Part shown: positions 59,872-64,000 of the stretch, piece after piece
Numbering within the stretch: position 1 is the first letter of the stretch
How the letters are laid out: each line of letters begins with the position of its first letter
DNA from: Vulcanimicrobiota bacterium
Lineage (GTDB): Bacteria > Vulcanimicrobiota > Vulcanimicrobiia > Vulcanimicrobiales > Vulcanimicrobiaceae
DNA: 64,000 nt
NCBI GenBank assembly: GCA_963820825.1
Contig: CAWGBN010000008.1
Coordinates: forward strand, 480,001-544,000
Direction: 5' to 3'
Made by a program: the position numbers and the translations under genes
The notes under the pieces: model-generated
Told to the model about the DNA's origin: nothing
Database searches by the model: none
The model's input: the letters and a program-made list of their open reading frames with translations, nothing else

Positions 59872-60357
59872 ATGAACGTTCGTAGACTCAACCACGCGGT
59901 GCTGCGCGTCCGCGACCTCGAGCGCAGCCTCGCCTTCTACCACGACGTGCTCGGCCTCGAGCCGATCGCGCGGATGGGCAAGGTGATGGCATTCATGCGA
60001 GCGCCCGGTTCGGAGAACCACCACGACCTCGGGCTCGCCGCGGTCGGTCCGCAGGCGCCGCCGCCGAACGAACGCGGGGTCGGGCTCTATCATCTCGCGT
60101 GGGAAGTCGACGAGATCGAGTCGCTGCGTGAGGCGCGCGAGGCGCTGCAGGGCTACGGGACGCTCAGCGGCGCGAGCGATCACGGCGCGACGAAGTCGAT
60201 CTACGGTTACGATCCCGACGGCAACGAGTTCGAAGTGATGTGGATGGTGCCGCGCGAGCACTGGGACGAATTCGAGAACGCCGCAGCGACGCGCCCGCTC
60301 GATCTCGATGCGGAGATCGCGCGCTGGGGCGGCCTCTCAGCTACGACGGCGGGCTAA
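59872..60357 (+). CDS. VOC family protein (glyoxalase/dioxygenase-like)
   Basis: LNHAVL, HHDL, LYHLAW, DPDGNEFE. Confidence 0.9.
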   Translation: MNVRRLNHAVLRVRDLERSLAFYHDVLGLEPIARMGKVMAFMRAPGSENHHDLGLAAVGPQAPPPNERGVGLYHLAWEVDEIESLREAREALQGYGTLSGASDHGATKSIYGYDPDGNEFEVMWMVPREHWDEFENAAATRPLDLDAEIARWGGLSATTAG

Positions 60358-61911
60358 GAGCAGCGCTCCCGGGGTGATCAGCAGTGCAAGCACGCCGGTA
60401 ACGAAGAAGGCATCGGCGTAGGCAAGGGCCGACGCCTGTTCGGTAACGGATGCCGCGAGTTGCGCGGGCGTTCCGTGCTGCAAAAACTGCACCACCGGCA
60501 GCCGCGAGAGCGTCACTTCCGCCGCGAGCACCGTCTGATGAAACTGCTCGCGCCGGTCGAGAAACGCAACGATCGCCGCCGACGATATCGAGCCGCCGAG
60601 CTGGAAGAAGAGCACGATGAACGAGCTTGCTTTCGCCGCCGCGTCAGGCGCGACCGCGCGCATCGTCGCCACGAGGAGCGGCGAGTAGACGAACGCGGCG
60701 CCGGTACCGATGACGAGCAGCGGAATCACGAACGCCATCAAGTCGCTGCCGGTGGTGACGCCGCGCGCGAGCATCAGCGAACCGAATCCGGCGACCGCCA
60801 AACCGCCGCCGATCAGCCAGCGCAGATCGAGCCCCGGAAGATTCGTGATGCGGCCGACGGGGATCGTCAGCAGCAATACCGGCAGCGCGCGCGCGCCGAT
60901 CAAGAACCCGGCAAGCGTGCTGGTAAAGCCGAGATTATCGACGGTGAACTGCGGCAGCAAGAGCAGGCTCGGAAAGATGACCGCCGCATACGCGCCGGCG
61001 ATCGCGAGCGCCGCGGCAACGGCCGGCGAGCCTAAGATCCGCAGATCGACGATCGGTTGCGGTACGCGCAGCTCCCACCAAACGAAGACCGCGGTGGCCG
61101 CAATCGTCAAGAACGTACAGATGACGATCGTTTGATTCGAGAACCAATCGTCGTGCTGCCCCTGATCGAGCACGTATTGCAGGCAGCTCACCGCAACGAT
61201 CAACAACGCGATTCCGGCGAGATCGATCGATGCGCGTTCGGCGCGCCCGGGATCGCGCATGTACCGCCACAGGATTACGAACGCGAGAATTCCGGGAACG
61301 AGATTGACGTCGAAGACCCACGGCCACGAGAGGTTGTCGACGAGAACCCCTCCGAGCGTCGGACCGATCGACGGTCCGAGAATCGTACCGAGTGCGAAGA
61401 TCGACTGGCTCAGACCGATCTGCTTCAACGGAAAGGTGTCGCGCAGCACCACTTGCGCCGTCGCGAGCAATCCGCCGCCGAAGGCGCCTTGCACGATGCG
61501 AAAGAGAATCAGCTCGTTGAGCGAGCCCGCGATGCCGCAGAGCATCGAAGCGACGGTGAATCCCGCGATCGAGGCGAGAAGATAATTTTTTCGCCCGAAG
61601 CGTAGCTGCAGCCACGGCGTCAGCGGAATTACGACGACGTTCGCGACCACGTAACCGGTGAGCACCCAGGTCGCCTCGTCGACCGTCGCGCCGAGATTTC
61701 CCTGAATCGTCGGCAACGCGACGTTGACGATGGTGAGATCGACCGTCTGCAAAAGCGCGGCGAGCATGACACCGGCAACCACGAGCATGCGACGCGTGCC
61801 GTACTCGACCAGCGACGACCCGGTGTAGGGCGACGGCGCAACCGGGGCGCGGAGATTGGGGCGGGCGGGAACAACGCCGATAGTGCGGGCGGGCCGCTCG
61901 GCAACCGACAC
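60337..61911 (-). CDS. DHA2 (EmrB/QacA) MFS transporter
   Basis: D.TIVNVALP, WVLTGY, RIVQG.FGG, GP.LGG, W.WVF.VN.VPG. Confidence 0.92.
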   Translation of the reverse strand: MSVAERPARTIGVVPARPNLRAPVAPSPYTGSSLVEYGTRRMLVVAGVMLAALLQTVDLTIVNVALPTIQGNLGATVDEATWVLTGYVVANVVVIPLTPWLQLRFGRKNYLLASIAGFTVASMLCGIAGSLNELILFRIVQGAFGGGLLATAQVVLRDTFPLKQIGLSQSIFALGTILGPSIGPTLGGVLVDNLSWPWVFDVNLVPGILAFVILWRYMRDPGRAERASIDLAGIALLIVAVSCLQYVLDQGQHDDWFSNQTIVICTFLTIAATAVFVWWELRVPQPIVDLRILGSPAVAAALAIAGAYAAVIFPSLLLLPQFTVDNLGFTSTLAGFLIGARALPVLLLTIPVGRITNLPGLDLRWLIGGGLAVAGFGSLMLARGVTTGSDLMAFVIPLLVIGTGAAFVYSPLLVATMRAVAPDAAAKASSFIVLFFQLGGSISSAAIVAFLDRREQFHQTVLAAEVTLSRLPVVQFLQHGTPAQLAASVTEQASALAYADAFFVTGVLALLITPGALLLARRRS

Positions 61912-62029
61912 GTTCGACTCCGTGGTTCTGGGGGTTTAGTAGGTTGAACCAAGGATAACGAATGTGTAATACTATTACCAGCCCATGGTTTATCCTATCA
62001 TTGACTCTTGCACCATCGATGGAGCACCT

Positions 62030-62878
62030 GTGGCCAACGCTACCGACGAACGACGCCTCGAGCTGAGCGATTTCCTTAGAACCCGGCGCGCCAAGATTGC
62101 GCCGTCAGACGTCGGTCTGCCCGACGGGCCCCGCCGGCGCACGCCAGGATTGCGGCGCGAAGAGGTCGCGCTGCTGGCCAATATCGGCGCGACCTGGTAC
62201 ACGCGGCTCGAACAGGGCCTGCCGATCAACGTCTCGGCCGACGTGGTCGCCGCGATTTCGCGCGCGCTGCGCTTAACCTCCGACGAGCGGCGCCATCTCT
62301 ATCTTCTCGCCGGACTTCCGCTGACGGTCGCTCCGCAAGAGGAAGAGCGCGTGAGCGAACTCGTGCTGCGCATCCTGGCCGCGCTCGATCCCTCACCGGC
62401 CTACATTCGCGGACGCCGCTGGGACGTGCTGGCGTGGAACAAAGCCGCGGACGCGCTCAACGATTTCTCGCTTGCGACCGGACCCGCACGTAATCTCGTC
62501 TGGCGCCTCTTCCGCGATACCACGCTGCAGTGCCGATTGGGCGATCCGGGGTGTACCCGACGCCGCTGCGTCGCGCAGTTTCGCGCGGTCGCCGCAAAGT
62601 ATCCGAACGACCCGGGTTTTCTCGAGCTGATCGACGATCTCAAAACGAACTCGCAGGAGTTCAGACAGCTCTGGGCCGAGCACGACGTCTTAGGCTCGAC
62701 CGAGGGTCTCAAGCAGTTCATTCATCCCGACGCCGGCGAGCTGATTTTAGATCACACCACCTTCGAGCTTCCCGGCGACGGCGATATCCGCATGGTCGTG
62801 CTGACCGCCGCGCCGGGTTCGGAGAGCGAGCGCAAGCTGCGCATGCTCGTGCCCTCGGCGGTCGCCGTCTCGCCCTGA
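62030..62878 (+). CDS. XRE/MmyB family transcriptional regulator
   Basis: FLRTRRA, RRRTPGLRREEVA, WYTRLEQG, MmyB ligand domain; GGAG SD before GTG; divergent from the MFS gene. Confidence 0.92.
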   Translation: MANATDERRLELSDFLRTRRAKIAPSDVGLPDGPRRRTPGLRREEVALLANIGATWYTRLEQGLPINVSADVVAAISRALRLTSDERRHLYLLAGLPLTVAPQEEERVSELVLRILAALDPSPAYIRGRRWDVLAWNKAADALNDFSLATGPARNLVWRLFRDTTLQCRLGDPGCTRRRCVAQFRAVAAKYPNDPGFLELIDDLKTNSQEFRQLWAEHDVLGSTEGLKQFIHPDAGELILDHTTFELPGDGDIRMVVLTAAPGSESERKLRMLVPSAVAVSP

Positions 62879-64000
62879 ACGCGCCGGAGACGCCGCGGTC
62901 GCAGCGATACGCGAGCGGCCGTGGTCTGCGATCGAATGCTCCGCGTTCGGACCACGGGCGCTGGGAAGGCGAACGCGCGATCGACGCGCTGACGCTCATC
63001 GAGGAATCGAACGCCGGACGCATTCCCGGCCTAGTGCCGTTGAAGAACGCGCGCATGGCCGAATCGCCCTTTTCGTTCTTTCGCGGCTGCGCGATCGTGC
63101 AAGCGCGCGATCTCGAAACGACGCCGGCGAGCGGCACGCTCGTGCAGCTCTGCGGCGACTGCCACATTGTGAACTTCGGCGGCTTCGCGACGCCGGAGCG
63201 CAATCTCATCTTCGACATCAACGATTTCGACGAGACCTTCCCCGGCCCGTGGGAGTGGGACGTGAAGCGTCTTGCGGTGAGCGCCGTGCTTGCGGCGCGC
63301 GACCGCGCCTTCTCCAAGAGCGTCGCAAGCGATGCGGCTCGCGCGGCGGTCGCGTCGTACCGCGAACACATGGCGGAGTACGCGCGCGAGTCGCTGCTCG
63401 ACGTCTGGTACGCGCGGATCGAGTTTTCGGATCTGCGCGATTTCTTTCGGCGCAATGCCTCGGTCGTAGGCGACTTGTCCGACGCGGAGGCCTACGCCCG
63501 CCGCCGAACCTCCGAGAGCGTCCTTCCGAAGTTTGCGACGATTCAAGACGGACGCGTGAGCATCGTCGACGACCCGCCGCTGATCTACCATTTCCACGAG
63601 CACGAGCAAGAATCGAATGCGCTGATGCGCGAGTTCTTCGAACGCTACCGGGGCACGCTCAGCGCCGACCGCCAGCATCTCTTCGACCGCTATCGCCTCG
63701 CCGATATCGCGATCAAAGTCGTCGGCGTCGGCAGCGTCGGCACGCGCTGCGCGATCGGCCTCTTCCTGGCCAACTCCGCCGACGCGCTATTTCTTCAAGT
63801 CAAAGAGGCGCGCCGGTCGGTGCTGGAATCGCCGCAGGGCGCGAGCCGCTTCGCGCATCAGGGAGAGCGCGTCGTTACCGGTCAGCGGTTGATGCAGGCT
63901 GCGAGCGACATCTTTCTCGGTTGGGCCGAGCTTCCGCCGTCGTCGGAGTATTACGTGCGGCAGATGCGCGACATGAAAGTATCGGTCGACCTCAAGACCT
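62875..64000 (+). CDS. DUF2252 family protein, 3' end outside window (probable CTG start)
   Basis: Frame 1: RM.ESPFSFFRG, CGDCH..NFG, FDINDFDE, PWEWDVKRL, KVVGVGSVGTRC, FLQVKEA; not in ORF track because there is no stop in the window. Confidence 0.9.
   Translation, partial: MNAPETPRSQRYASGRGLRSNAPRSDHGRWEGERAIDALTLIEESNAGRIPGLVPLKNARMAESPFSFFRGCAIVQARDLETTPASGTLVQLCGDCHIVNFGGFATPERNLIFDINDFDETFPGPWEWDVKRLAVSAVLAARDRAFSKSVASDAARAAVASYREHMAEYARESLLDVWYARIEFSDLRDFFRRNASVVGDLSDAEAYARRRTSESVLPKFATIQDGRVSIVDDPPLIYHFHEHEQESNALMREFFERYRGTLSADRQHLFDRYRLADIAIKVVGVGSVGTRCAIGLFLANSADALFLQVKEARRSVLESPQGASRFAHQGERVVTGQRLMQAASDIFLGWAELPPSSEYYVRQMRDMKVSVDLKT

Noticed and set aside
1..64000. CRISPR array, rRNA, tRNA, integrase, transposase or prophage genes
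   Set aside because: No regularly spaced direct repeats, RNA gene signatures or mobility motifs were seen; intergenic gaps are mostly under 200 nt.

Overview
High-GC bacterial chromosomal window with about 70 tightly packed genes. I saw no rRNA, tRNA, CRISPR array, integrase or transposase. The style (many secreted NHL/Vgb beta-propeller lipoproteins, retropepsin-PDZ proteins, dense CG/TCGA usage) resembles Candidatus Eremiobacterota (Vulcanimicrobiota); this is inference, not a marker-gene call. Main blocks: (1) a minus-strand aerobic Mo-Cu CO dehydrogenase operon coxM-S-L-G-F-D-E-xdhC-mocA (13.5-22.1 kb) with the form I AYRCSFR motif, whose 17.2-22 kb part is full of single-base indels that look like uncorrected read errors; (2) a putative nickel/cobalt-handling region (33.7-44.5 kb) with an RcnA-like permease + two DUF4331 proteins + TPR protein + NiCoT operon, a second NiCoT, and a 65-aa His-rich peptide coupled to a small RHH-like protein, bracketed by two YciI/ECF42 sigma pairs with matching promoters; (3) a two-gene cassette (small protein + Cys-rich protein) enclosed by 32-bp inverted TGTC-type REP-like repeats (40.9-41.8 kb); (4) an IF-1 (infA) gene missing from the ORF track that appears to need an ATA start; (5) an AT-rich DUF1801 gene that looks horizontally acquired; (6) a cluster of secreted aspartyl proteases and serine hydrolases (49-57 kb). 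Family names come from motif recognition by eye; no searches were run.
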